Shown one piece after another: positions 52,906 through 60,776 of a stretch of DNA of 64,000 nt. Numbering within the stretch: the first letter of the stretch is position 1; each line of letters begins with the position of its first letter. The stretch is from an uncultured delta proteobacterium (GTDB taxonomy: Bacteria; Desulfobacterota; Binatia; HRBIN30; BPIQ01). The notes beneath the pieces are model-generated. The model made no database searches, had not been told where the DNA came from, and saw nothing but the letters and a program-made list of their open reading frames with translations. The stretch is taken from the NCBI GenBank assembly GCA_963761335.1, contig CAVXGR010000011.1:559527-623526 (forward strand). The letters are read 5' to 3'. A program made the translations under genes and the position numbers.

Positions 52906-53526
52906 CTAGCGCGAATCGTCGTCCCGCACGCCCAGCACGGCGCGAACCAGCTGGGTCGCCGAGGAGACGTTCATCTTGGAAAGCACCATGCGGCGGTGCC
53001 CTTCGACGGTGCGGGTGCTGACGTTCATCGCCGCCGCGATCTGCTTGGATGTCTTGCCGGCGAGCAGATGCTCCATGACTTCGCGCTCGCGAGGCGTCAG
53101 GCGGTCAAGGCTCTCCGTCACCACGGCGCGCTCGCTGCTCACCGCGCGCGCCTGGCGATCGCTGTCGAGTGCGGCGCGGATGCGCTCCAACAACAGCTTG
53201 GGCGGTGCCGGCTTCTGCAGAAAATCCACCGCTCCAGCCTTCAGCGCCCGCACCGAGGTCGGGACATTGCCGTGGCCGGTCAGCACAATGATGGGGAGCA
53301 TCGCCTTGCGTCGCCGGAGATCGTCCTGCAGGTCCAGCCCGCTGCTGTGTCGCAGGCGCACGTCCAGCACCAGGCATCCGGGGCGCTCCGGGTCGTAGGC
53401 AGCCAGAAACTCGTCGCTTGAGTCGTACGTCTCTACGGCGAGCCCGGCCGACTCCAGCAGGGCGCGCAACGACTTGCGTACGCCGGCGTTGTCGTCGACC
53501 ACGAAGACCGTCGCTTCGCTTGTCAT
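52906..53526 (-). CDS. FixJ/NarL-family response regulator, second paralog
   Basis: Highly similar to 33072..33695; identical HTH KQIAAAMNVSTRTVEGHRR. Confidence 0.92.
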   Translation of the reverse strand: MTSEATVFVVDDNAGVRKSLRALLESAGLAVETYDSSDEFLAAYDPERPGCLVLDVRLRHSSGLDLQDDLRRRKAMLPIIVLTGHGNVPTSVRALKAGAVDFLQKPAPPKLLLERIRAALDSDRQARAVSSERAVVTESLDRLTPREREVMEHLLAGKTSKQIAAAMNVSTRTVEGHRRMVLSKMNVSSATQLVRAVLGVRDDDSR

Positions 53527-53678
53527 GTGGCTCTCCGCTTCCGCGCCGGTCGCAGCGGCAGCGTCAAGGCCACCGTCGTCCCAAGACCGCCATCCTTGTG
53601 CTCCTTGAGACGCTCGCGGACTTCGCCGCCGTCCTTCTCCGGCAACATTATCTCGATCAGGCGCCATCGCTGTGTCAT
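53523..53678 (-). pseudogene. Collapsed remnant ending in the tail of the CheB/CheR kinase
   Basis: GTTVALTLPLRPARKRRAT vs GTTVAFTLPLRPARKRRAT; receiver-like IMLPEKDG fragment upstream. Confidence 0.65.
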
Positions 53679-53743
53679 CCTCTCATCCTTTCTCGTGGAA
53701 GAACGTCGCGCATCGCTGCGCGGCAAGCGGCGATGTGCTGAAG

Positions 53744-55057
53744 TCATAGCCAGCCTCCGGCGAAACCCGCTCGTCGCAAACCGTTGACGAGGTATGGGCA
53801 GTCTCGCATCAATCGCCACAACAAGCCGCTGCGATGGTTTTCGACCATCAAAACAACGGGGCCCTGGTTGATCCCGTAATGCCACGGCGAGACCCACCAA
53901 CCATAAGGATTGCCGGGCTTTCCCGGGTGGGAGGGATTGAAAGACGCTTTGAAGCCGTACGGGTTCAGGTCGGTCAACTTCGCCTGGTGTACGCAATAGT
54001 CGAGCATGGGCAGCACGATTTCGGGCGCAAACGGCAACGACGCCGCGACTGCCCAGGGCGCAACGGTGCCATCATCGGGCCCGCACGGCACTCCGCGCGC
54101 CAGGTAGGCAAAGAACTGCCGCTCTATACCGTCGACCTCGAGGGTGTCGGGCCCGGGGCCATCGCTCGCAGTGATCCCCCAGCAACACCGGCCGTAGCCC
54201 TTGAACCCGAGCGGATTGTCGATCGCGTATCGTTGCTGCACATAGGTGGCGCGGCGGCTGTTCTCGAAGTAATCCATGCCTTTCTCGCGCATGAAAACGT
54301 CCCGGACGCCGCGAAAATCGATCCAAATGTGCGCGAGTTGGTGCGTGAAGAGTGATCCAGCGTAAAGGTAGTCGTATCCGTAACACTGCTGCCATCGGTA
54401 GGTCGAACCCCATGCGGCGTAGCTGCGGTCAGGCAACGGATATGTGGGAGAGCCGAGCGCAAGCATATAGAGCAGGAGCGCTTCATCGTAACCCTCCCAA
54501 CGATACTCGAGAAAGCCGCTTTCAGGCTTCCAGCCGTGCGACAACGTTGCCCCCTGATTTTGGGCCCAATGCCAATTGGCGCGGCGATAGAGCGCCTCGG
54601 CGAGGGTACGGATCTCATGCTCGTCGGCCGTATCCGCATCGAAATAACTTCCCGCCGTCAACACGCCGGCCAGCAGAAAGGCACTGTCCACCGTCGACAG
54701 CTCGCATTGCCAGGCGCGCCGTCCGGTCCGCATGTCGAGAAAATGATAATAGAGACCCTGATAGCCGGTGGCATCGGGCTCAGGACCGTGCGGGCTGTTC
54801 CAGAAGAAACGCAGCGTCGCAAGCGTGCGCTCCACCGCGGCGGCACGCGACATGAAGCCGCGCTCGACCCCCACCGGATACGCTGTCAAGGCGAAGCCGG
54901 TGGCAGCAATGCTGGCCGGCCAATCTGGCGCTGTCTTGTCGATCACCAAGCCGTTGGCGGGATTTGCCTCGTGCACAAAGTAGCTGAACGATCGGCGCTG
55001 AAGAATTTCCAGCTCGGCGTCGACGGTCAGTTCCTTTCTGCCTAAATGAGAGGCCAC
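53744..55057 (-). CDS. GH144-like endo-beta-1,2-glucanase (glucoamylase-family annotation)
   Basis: SIAATGF, LSTVDSA, WEGYDEA, LFTHQ, WGITASDGP, DDGTVAP, GINQGP. Confidence 0.85.
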   Translation of the reverse strand: MASHLGRKELTVDAELEILQRRSFSYFVHEANPANGLVIDKTAPDWPASIAATGFALTAYPVGVERGFMSRAAAVERTLATLRFFWNSPHGPEPDATGYQGLYYHFLDMRTGRRAWQCELSTVDSAFLLAGVLTAGSYFDADTADEHEIRTLAEALYRRANWHWAQNQGATLSHGWKPESGFLEYRWEGYDEALLLYMLALGSPTYPLPDRSYAAWGSTYRWQQCYGYDYLYAGSLFTHQLAHIWIDFRGVRDVFMREKGMDYFENSRRATYVQQRYAIDNPLGFKGYGRCCWGITASDGPGPDTLEVDGIERQFFAYLARGVPCGPDDGTVAPWAVAASLPFAPEIVLPMLDYCVHQAKLTDLNPYGFKASFNPSHPGKPGNPYGWWVSPWHYGINQGPVVLMVENHRSGLLWRLMRDCPYLVNGLRRAGFAGGWL

Positions 55058-55101
55058 AGCTCAGGCTCTACTTCGCCAGCGGAGCGGAAAGGTGGGTTGG
55101 C

Positions 55102-55477
55102 CATTCATGCAATCGGATCTCCCGTTGCGCCAGCCGGTACCCGCCCTCGATCGTCACCGCCACCGCGAGCATCGCCGCCAGCACCCACAATTTTACGGGT
55201 GCGGTCATGGATGTCTGCCAAACCAAAGCGCCCAACGCCGTGAGGCACGCGCCAGCCCCGGCCGCGGAACTCCAGCCGCGGCTGTTGGTATGAGGCGCGC
55301 TGCGCGCGTTGGCGGCGTTCACCGCGGCGAAGATCAGCAGAAACCCGCCGCTGCCCAGCATTGGCCGCCACGATCTTCTCCACCGTGAGATTGCCCACCG
55401 TGACGAGCGCGACCAGCACGTACAACGCGATGACGAACCCGACCGCCGTGTAGTACGCGCGCGGCACCGTTCGCGCC
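55102..55477 (-). pseudogene. Duplicated, internally deleted 3' fragment of the APC permease
   Basis: PRAYYTAVGFVI...EKIVAA fused to GFLLIFAAVNAAN...REIRLHE; matches 49184-49830. Confidence 0.88.
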
Positions 55478-55526
55478 GCCTCGGTGGCAGAGAAGGAGAG
55501 GAGAGCTTGGCGATGGTGCGGCGAGA

Positions 55527-55688
55527 ACGGAGGGAGCCCGTAGGGCGACCGGAGTTTCGACCGTGGCGGAACCGAAGCCGGAGATTCCTGAGAAGGCGCA
55601 GCGGCGGCGATACAGCGCGGAGTACAAACTGGGAATCCTCGAAGCGCCTGACGTGCGCAAGGAGCCGGGCCAGATCGAGGCCCTGCTC
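55527..55688 (+). mobile_element. IS3-family transposase OrfA N-terminal remnant
   Basis: Hand translation: TEGARRATGV...PEIPEKAQRRRYSAEYKLGIL...EPGQIEALL, truncated. Confidence 0.75.
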
Positions 55689-55692
55689 CCTG

Positions 55693-56463
55693 CTAATGGG
55701 GATGCTCCTTGGTAACCGTCTCATCGACCCAGTATCCTTTACGATCGTAATGTCGATGCAGTCCAGTCTCATACTCCCGAGTTAGCAGAGCCTTCCCAGT
55801 GTATTCCGGTGACTGTTTGATGGTTTCGCGGGACAGGTTGACGAAGACTTTCGACTCGCCCCAACTCACGCGCTCGATCCATTGCGGTGACACCAGGACC
55901 TTTTTCCCCGGCCACCAGTTCCGTGTATCGACGCTGAGATAACGAATCGCCCAGGTCTCGTCATCGACGAGAAAATCCTCGACGTGGCCGATCTCCCCGT
56001 CTGCGGCTTGGATGTGATGGCCACTGACATCGTGAGTGCTGCGCAGATGGGGATCCCACGCTTTCGCACCGTGGGCGACTTCTTGCCAGCTTCCAGGGTC
56101 ACGCATAGGGTAGAAATAAGGTCCCCACTTGTCTGGGCCATCCCAATACGCCGGCCATCCATAATACTTGTAGTAAAATTCCTCGAACTGGCGGGAGACG
56201 GGCTGGTCCAGGTTCAGCGACGGACTGTCCTCGATCTGCTTCTTGGTCAAGTCGATGATAATCTGTCGCTTCTCTTGATTCACGGCGACCAGCGCATACG
56301 GAGAGATCAGCACCTGCCTCCCCGTAAGCCACTGTTTCGTGTCCGCGACCAAATAGCGGATCGTCCAGTGCCGGTCATCGAAGAAGAACTCCTCGACCTT
56401 CCCTATGTCCCCGTCGCGGCTGTCCAATGTGTAGCCCTTTAGCGTGCTAGCTTTGACTAACAT
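55693..56463 (-). CDS. Tandem PRC-barrel domain protein
   Basis: Two DG(D/E)IG-VE-F--DD--W-IRYL--DT repeats. Confidence 0.9.
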   Translation of the reverse strand: MLVKASTLKGYTLDSRDGDIGKVEEFFFDDRHWTIRYLVADTKQWLTGRQVLISPYALVAVNQEKRQIIIDLTKKQIEDSPSLNLDQPVSRQFEEFYYKYYGWPAYWDGPDKWGPYFYPMRDPGSWQEVAHGAKAWDPHLRSTHDVSGHHIQAADGEIGHVEDFLVDDETWAIRYLSVDTRNWWPGKKVLVSPQWIERVSWGESKVFVNLSRETIKQSPEYTGKALLTREYETGLHRHYDRKGYWVDETVTKEHPH

Positions 56464-56539
56464 AATTGCTCCCGTGCCCTCTGTATTTCGGTTGTGTGCG
56501 CCGTTGGCGTGGGGCTGCGAACGCCGTCTTTTTTGCTGG

Positions 56540-56773
56540 CTACTTGTAGTCGCTCAACCGCAATTCCGTGAGCTCGGAGGGCTGTCCACTCGGTGGCGAC
56601 GCCCTCGGACCCTCGGCGCGCGTCGACAATACCAGCGTACGGGTGCTCGGGCGCTCCGGCTCCAGGGCCGCCTCTATTTGCCTCAAGATCGTTTGCGCAT
56701 CCGGTGGTCCGACCATGGCCGGAGCGGCCGCCAGAAGGACGCATGCGATGGTGGAGGATAGGAAGAAACCCAT
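56540..56773 (-). pseudogene. Truncated exported protein (possible LolA-like lipoprotein-sorting protein N-terminus)
   Basis: aaggag RBS, signal peptide, PDAQTILRQIEAALEPERPS, then an early stop. Confidence 0.45.
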
Positions 56774-56885
56774 GGCAACTCTCCTTTGAGGACGGGCTGC
56801 AGCACAACGTCCAGCGTGTGCAACCCCGGGGAGCGTTACGCCGCATCGGTCCCAGCTGACCACCTTCCGGAAGACGGTGACCCAA

Positions 56886-57350
56886 TCAGCCCTGATGCGC
56901 CGTGACTCCGCTCGCGCCGGTCTTCCCAAGAATGTCCTCGGCATTGGCGACCCAGTACTTCATTCGATCGCCCGTAAATGTCGCCGAGGGTGCATGATCA
57001 CGATGCGGCTCTTCGCTCCCGTGCCGCTGTCCGGGGACGATCGTTTCGAGACGCTCGCGCACCGCGGTGGCTTCGAAGCCGAGCAAGTCACACACGTTCG
57101 CGAAAGCGAACGGCCAGCCGCGCGTGTCATCCCACAGCCAATCACGCGCTTCGACGAAGTCGCGCCGCCGGGTGCCGTGCCGCGCATCAGCATTGCGAAG
57201 GATGCACTCCAGGGCGTCATCGAAGATCGCTAACACTAAGCGCATCTCTGGCGTGCGCCCAAGCTGCTGGCGGCTGACCGTCTGCGCAGGCGGAACCACC
57301 GAAGGTTTCCACAACGGCGCAAGGTTGTTTGTGTCGGACATCTGCTCCAT
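56886..57350 (-). CDS. Small conserved helical hypothetical protein, divergent paralog
   Basis: PEMRLVLAIFDDALEC...EARDWL...WPFAFANVCDLLG...VRERL; start overlaps the upstream stop (TGATG). Confidence 0.78.
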   Translation of the reverse strand: MEQMSDTNNLAPLWKPSVVPPAQTVSRQQLGRTPEMRLVLAIFDDALECILRNADARHGTRRRDFVEARDWLWDDTRGWPFAFANVCDLLGFEATAVRERLETIVPGQRHGSEEPHRDHAPSATFTGDRMKYWVANAEDILGKTGASGVTAHQG

Positions 57351-57733
57351 CAGGAGCTTCTCCTCTCCTGTTCGTGCTGGGGCTGAACGTGTGCCAGGTG
57401 GTCCCCAAACGCACACCCCAGGCAATGCGCCTCGCCATGCTCAGCGGTTGAGTAACAGTCGCAGTTCAGGACGCAGCCACAGGCGGTGCAGTGTCGGGTC
57501 ACTGGATCCCTGCGTAGGTGCACCATCCAGCGCAGGTCATCCACGAGGACCTGTACCCGTTCTTTTGCGCGGGCGCGGTCGACGATGTACTCAAGCAGCG
57601 TCTGGCGATCACACAGGTTGCGTGCTGGCAGGAAAATGCTCCCTCCGGGACACGACACGTGCGCGATGCCCTTCGCGATCGCCGATCCCTTTGCGCGCTC
57701 TCGCGAGCCTTCCTGCCACTTGCCTGCTGCCAT
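57350..57733 (-). CDS. Small Cys-rich, putative zinc-binding protein
   Basis: aaggagg RBS; CTACGC..CDC..CLGC; coupled to the downstream gene. Confidence 0.65.
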   Translation of the reverse strand: MAAGKWQEGSRERAKGSAIAKGIAHVSCPGGSIFLPARNLCDRQTLLEYIVDRARAKERVQVLVDDLRWMVHLRRDPVTRHCTACGCVLNCDCYSTAEHGEAHCLGCAFGDHLAHVQPQHEQERRSS

Positions 57734-57857
57734 TGCCGCCTCCTTTCAAACATTTTAAGATTGGGGTCTGGTGCGGTGTGAAGTGCTGCGATGGCGGTCA
57801 CGTGGCGATGCGCCATGCCAACGAAGACTCGGCCCGGGTGAAGACTCGCTTCCATCA

Positions 57858-57885
57858 CCATGCCTGTTTGTAACAACAGGCATGG
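57858..57885. promoter_or_regulatory. Perfect 11-bp inverted repeat overlapping the predicted -10
   Basis: ccatgcctgtt-tgtaac-aacaggcatgg. Confidence 0.55.
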
Positions 57886-57904
57886 CAACGCCATAAGATC
57901 GGAA

Positions 57905-57925
57905 TACTACGCGCGTAGAACTACT
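57905..57925 (-). promoter_or_regulatory. Repeated regulatory box, copy 10
   Basis: aagatcggaa-tactacgcgcgtagaactact; minus-strand ttatgg-N18-tacaaa. Confidence 0.75.
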
Positions 57926-57942
57926 GGCATGTTCTGACGCGC

Positions 57943-58269
57943 TCAGGCAGGGTTTCCGTTAGCCGCTGGTTGAAAAACGGGGACGGCCTTCGAGACGCCT
58001 CGTTCGACAAGCCCGGGGGGCTCCTCCTGGATCTCATCGCTGCCGGATGGTTGATTCGGGTCGTTCGCCAGGTTGCTGAGCTCGTCATGCCCGTCTCCCC
58101 AATACGCGTGCGCAGCCCGTAAAATCCTCAACTGACTGCCCGGACGTACCGAATGCGACCCGCTGCGCCGGTACCGACGGATTTGGCCGCTGGCCATACC
58201 GTCGACGGCCTTCTCCAAGACTGGAGCAGTCGGGTAACTGCCCAACACGGGTCGTCTGTTTCCGGCCAT
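57943..58269 (-). CDS. Hypothetical protein, possibly a decayed general-stress (DUF3341-like) gene
   Basis: aaggag RBS; N-terminus MAGNRRPVLGSYPTAPVLEKAVDGM; remainder not recognisable. Confidence 0.4.
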   Translation of the reverse strand: MAGNRRPVLGSYPTAPVLEKAVDGMASGQIRRYRRSGSHSVRPGSQLRILRAAHAYWGDGHDELSNLANDPNQPSGSDEIQEEPPGLVERGVSKAVPVFQPAANGNPA

Positions 58270-58329
58270 GGTGTCGCTCCTTCGACTGGGGGAATGATGT
58301 CCTCACTCGTGCATACGACAAGCTCGGAA

Positions 58330-58343
58330 TACTACGCGCGTAG
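58330..58343 (-). promoter_or_regulatory. Repeated regulatory box, copy 11
   Basis: caagctcggaa-tactacgcgcgtag; minus-strand ttgtcg-N16-catcat. Confidence 0.75.
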
Positions 58344-58550
58344 ATCCCCGGTTAACCTCCCGGCTTTCATGCTGCCGGGTGGGCCTGTCCCGGCGAGGTG
58401 TTAAATGTGATCACCGGAGCCGTTCCAGGGCGTGGGCCACGGTGTCCAAGGCCAACGGATTGTTCGTTCAAGCCCTCCCTGCTTCAACCCCTCGAAGCCT
58501 CGTTTCGGAGACAATCGACAGTCCCAAAGGAGTGGATGATGGCCGGTAAG

Positions 58551-58616
58551 CTACCGTACGACAAAGATGATGACGAGAATGAGTAGGACAAGGCCTACGC
58601 CGCCGCCAATGTACAT
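58551..58616 (-). CDS. 21-aa hydrophobic microprotein MYIGGGVGLVLLILVIIFVVR
   Basis: gaaaggag RBS 7 nt before ATG; own box-associated promoter. Confidence 0.7.
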   Translation of the reverse strand: MYIGGGVGLVLLILVIIFVVR

Positions 58617-58710
58617 GAGAGTTCTCCTTTCGGGTCGGTTGAAGACCCTTAGCTGCGCGTCTTTCCTGTGACAATGATGCTCATCACGTGCGCGCACCAC
58701 AAGCTCGCAA

Positions 58711-58731
58711 TACTGCGCGCGTACTTCTACT
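58711..58731 (-). promoter_or_regulatory. Repeated regulatory box, copy 12
   Basis: cacaagctcgcaa-tactgcgcgcgtacttctac; minus-strand ttgtgg-N17-catcat. Confidence 0.72.
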
Positions 58732-58896
58732 GACAGCGACGCGGCATTCACGGCGCCGAAGGTGCCAGGGGCGCGAAACCCAAAACGGCGCGCGCGTCGA
58801 GCGGAGGGCATCGCGGCCTGCATGGCGCGCCAATCAAGGCACGGCTGGCGGCGATAGTACGCGGCGATGATCAAGGCGACAACGATGGCGAGCACG

Positions 58897-59080
58897 TTAG
58901 CCTTGATCCGAAGAAAACACTGCGCGGAATAGCAGCGCCGACCCGGCGGAAAAAGGCTTCGCGCCAGCCTCGACGATGCGTGTCACACCAGCATTCCGTA
59001 GTTGCCGCCGCAAACGCTCGTGCGAGGTGAGTCCCCAAAGGCGGACTGACGACGCTCCCACGATGCAAGCATACGTAGAG
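58897..59080 (-). pseudogene. Fragment resembling the N-terminus of CDP-alcohol phosphatidyltransferase-family proteins
   Basis: IVGASSVRLWGLTSHERLRRQL...LLFRA, then a stop; recognised from memory of the family, not by search. Confidence 0.4.
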
Positions 59081-59251
59081 GTCGTCGTAGAGTTCTCTGT
59101 CGACATCGACAATCTCGCTATATGGATCACTTATCACGTCGGACTGACGCAAACAAAGAAGAGGGTGTTCTCCAAAGTGAGTGGCGCAGTTGAATCAACC
59201 GAACGACTCGGAGGTGGAGCTCAGTTTCCGGGCTAACCCGTCGGCTGAACC

Positions 59252-59380
59252 TTATCTTCGCCTGTCGTAACCCGCCACCGAAACACCATGGTCGGCCATG
59301 TTCAGCACGAGATTGCATCCCATGACACCCAACCCCACCATGCCGAGTGTATGCTCTTGTTGTGATCGATTATTGTTCAT
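59252..59380 (-). pseudogene. gnd: Truncated 6-phosphogluconate dehydrogenase (first 42 aa)
   Basis: MNNNRSQQEHTLGMVGLGVMGCNLVLNMADHGVSVAGYDRRR*; ATGA overlap with the DUF2254 stop. Confidence 0.8.
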
Positions 59381-60732
59381 TGTAATTCCTTCCTTGGTTC
59401 TCGGGTTGACGGACCTGCTCCGAAACCGAGCGATTCGCGCACAATCGCCAAGCGGCTCTCAAACCGTTCCCGATCGTGAGGCGACTCGATGGTGCGTTCG
59501 GCCAATTCGGCGATCCATTGCGCTTCTTCACGGAGCGCGCGTCGCCGGCTCGGGTTGGTCGTGAGACTGCCGATGGTTTGCAGCGCGCCGAGCATCCGCA
59601 GCATCACGCCGAGATTGCCCGTGGCGCTGCCTCGGATTTGATCGAATGATTCGGCCACCAGGCCGGCAAAGGTCGGCCCGATGGTGATCACTCTCAGTTT
59701 CCCTTCCTCATAGCGATGCAACGAAGGGATGTTTCGAGAGGCCAGCTGCGCCAGAATCGCCGTCAGATAATCCACGCACATCACAGCCGTCGTGGTGTCA
59801 TTGATCCCGGGCGAGAGGGCGCGCAACGCCATGTCCACGATCTGGCGGATGCCAAAGGCGGCATCCTGTTCCACCCTGCGATGGCGGTGGATGCTGTAGG
59901 CCGCCTGCAACGCGGCGATGAGTTCCGGTTCCGGCGGAGCCGCCAGTGCCAGCGAGGCGAGCGTGGTGTTTTGAACCACAAACTCGCCGATGCCGCGTTC
60001 CATCCGCACGATGGTCTGTTGCTCCCGCGCCAGGCGCAGGAGCGTCGCGTTATCCACGCTTTGGATGTAGCCGTTTACCCGGGCCGGGATGGCCTGCCAG
60101 TTCCGTTCCGGCAGCGGGAGTGGCGACTGATCCTCATCGTCGTCCACTGGCGTTTGACCAAAGTTCTGCGGGAAAAGCCGGTCAATGGCCGCCAGGGTTT
60201 CTTCGGCCACCGAGGCAATGATGCTCGACGCCTGGATCGAAGCGGCGATGTGATGAATGAAGAAAATGAGCGCGCCGGTGCCGCTGATCGCCAGCACGAC
60301 GCCAAAAGTCACGGCCAGGCTCGGAATAAATCCCGCCGCGTCCCCGCCGCGAATGGTGCGCAGCACGATCAGACAGTAGGTGAAAATGCCGGCGAAGATG
60401 CCGAGCACAATCTGCGTGACGCGGTCGCGCATGAAGTTTCGCAGGATGCGGGAGGTGTATTGGCTGGAAGCCAGCGCCAGCGTCACCAACACCATCGAAA
60501 ACGTGACGCCCACCACGGTCATCATCGAGCCGGCGATCGTGGACAACATCCCGCGTGCGCCCGCCGCGCTGGTGCCAAACAGACGCGGCCAGCGGGACAT
60601 CCACTGTTGGCTTCCGGCGGTGTCCACTTGAATCAAGACCAACGCGACCGCAAGGCTGCCCGCCACAATCAGCGCGGGCAAAAACCAAAAGCTGCCCCGC
60701 AGATTGCTCCAGAGCTGTTTGAGCTTGTTCAT
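59377..60732 (-). CDS. DUF2254 membrane protein
   Basis: SFWFLP, ASSQYTSRIL, RALSPGINDTTTA. Confidence 0.88.
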   Translation of the reverse strand: MNKLKQLWSNLRGSFWFLPALIVAGSLAVALVLIQVDTAGSQQWMSRWPRLFGTSAAGARGMLSTIAGSMMTVVGVTFSMVLVTLALASSQYTSRILRNFMRDRVTQIVLGIFAGIFTYCLIVLRTIRGGDAAGFIPSLAVTFGVVLAISGTGALIFFIHHIAASIQASSIIASVAEETLAAIDRLFPQNFGQTPVDDDEDQSPLPLPERNWQAIPARVNGYIQSVDNATLLRLAREQQTIVRMERGIGEFVVQNTTLASLALAAPPEPELIAALQAAYSIHRHRRVEQDAAFGIRQIVDMALRALSPGINDTTTAVMCVDYLTAILAQLASRNIPSLHRYEEGKLRVITIGPTFAGLVAESFDQIRGSATGNLGVMLRMLGALQTIGSLTTNPSRRRALREEAQWIAELAERTIESPHDRERFESRLAIVRESLGFGAGPSTREPRKELQ

Positions 60733-60776
60733 GAATTTACGCTCATCTTTGCTGGCCAGTTGAAGTGCGACGTTCC

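Noticed and set aside
25061..58731. CTACG box as integron attC, dif-like or other recombination site delimiting cassettes
   Set aside because: No recombinase in the window; no attC GTTRRRY cores; the 2-bp spacer is too short for tyrosine-recombinase sites; duplication endpoints do not coincide with the boxes. The fixed -35/-10 spacing favours a promoter element, though a recombination role is not formally excluded.
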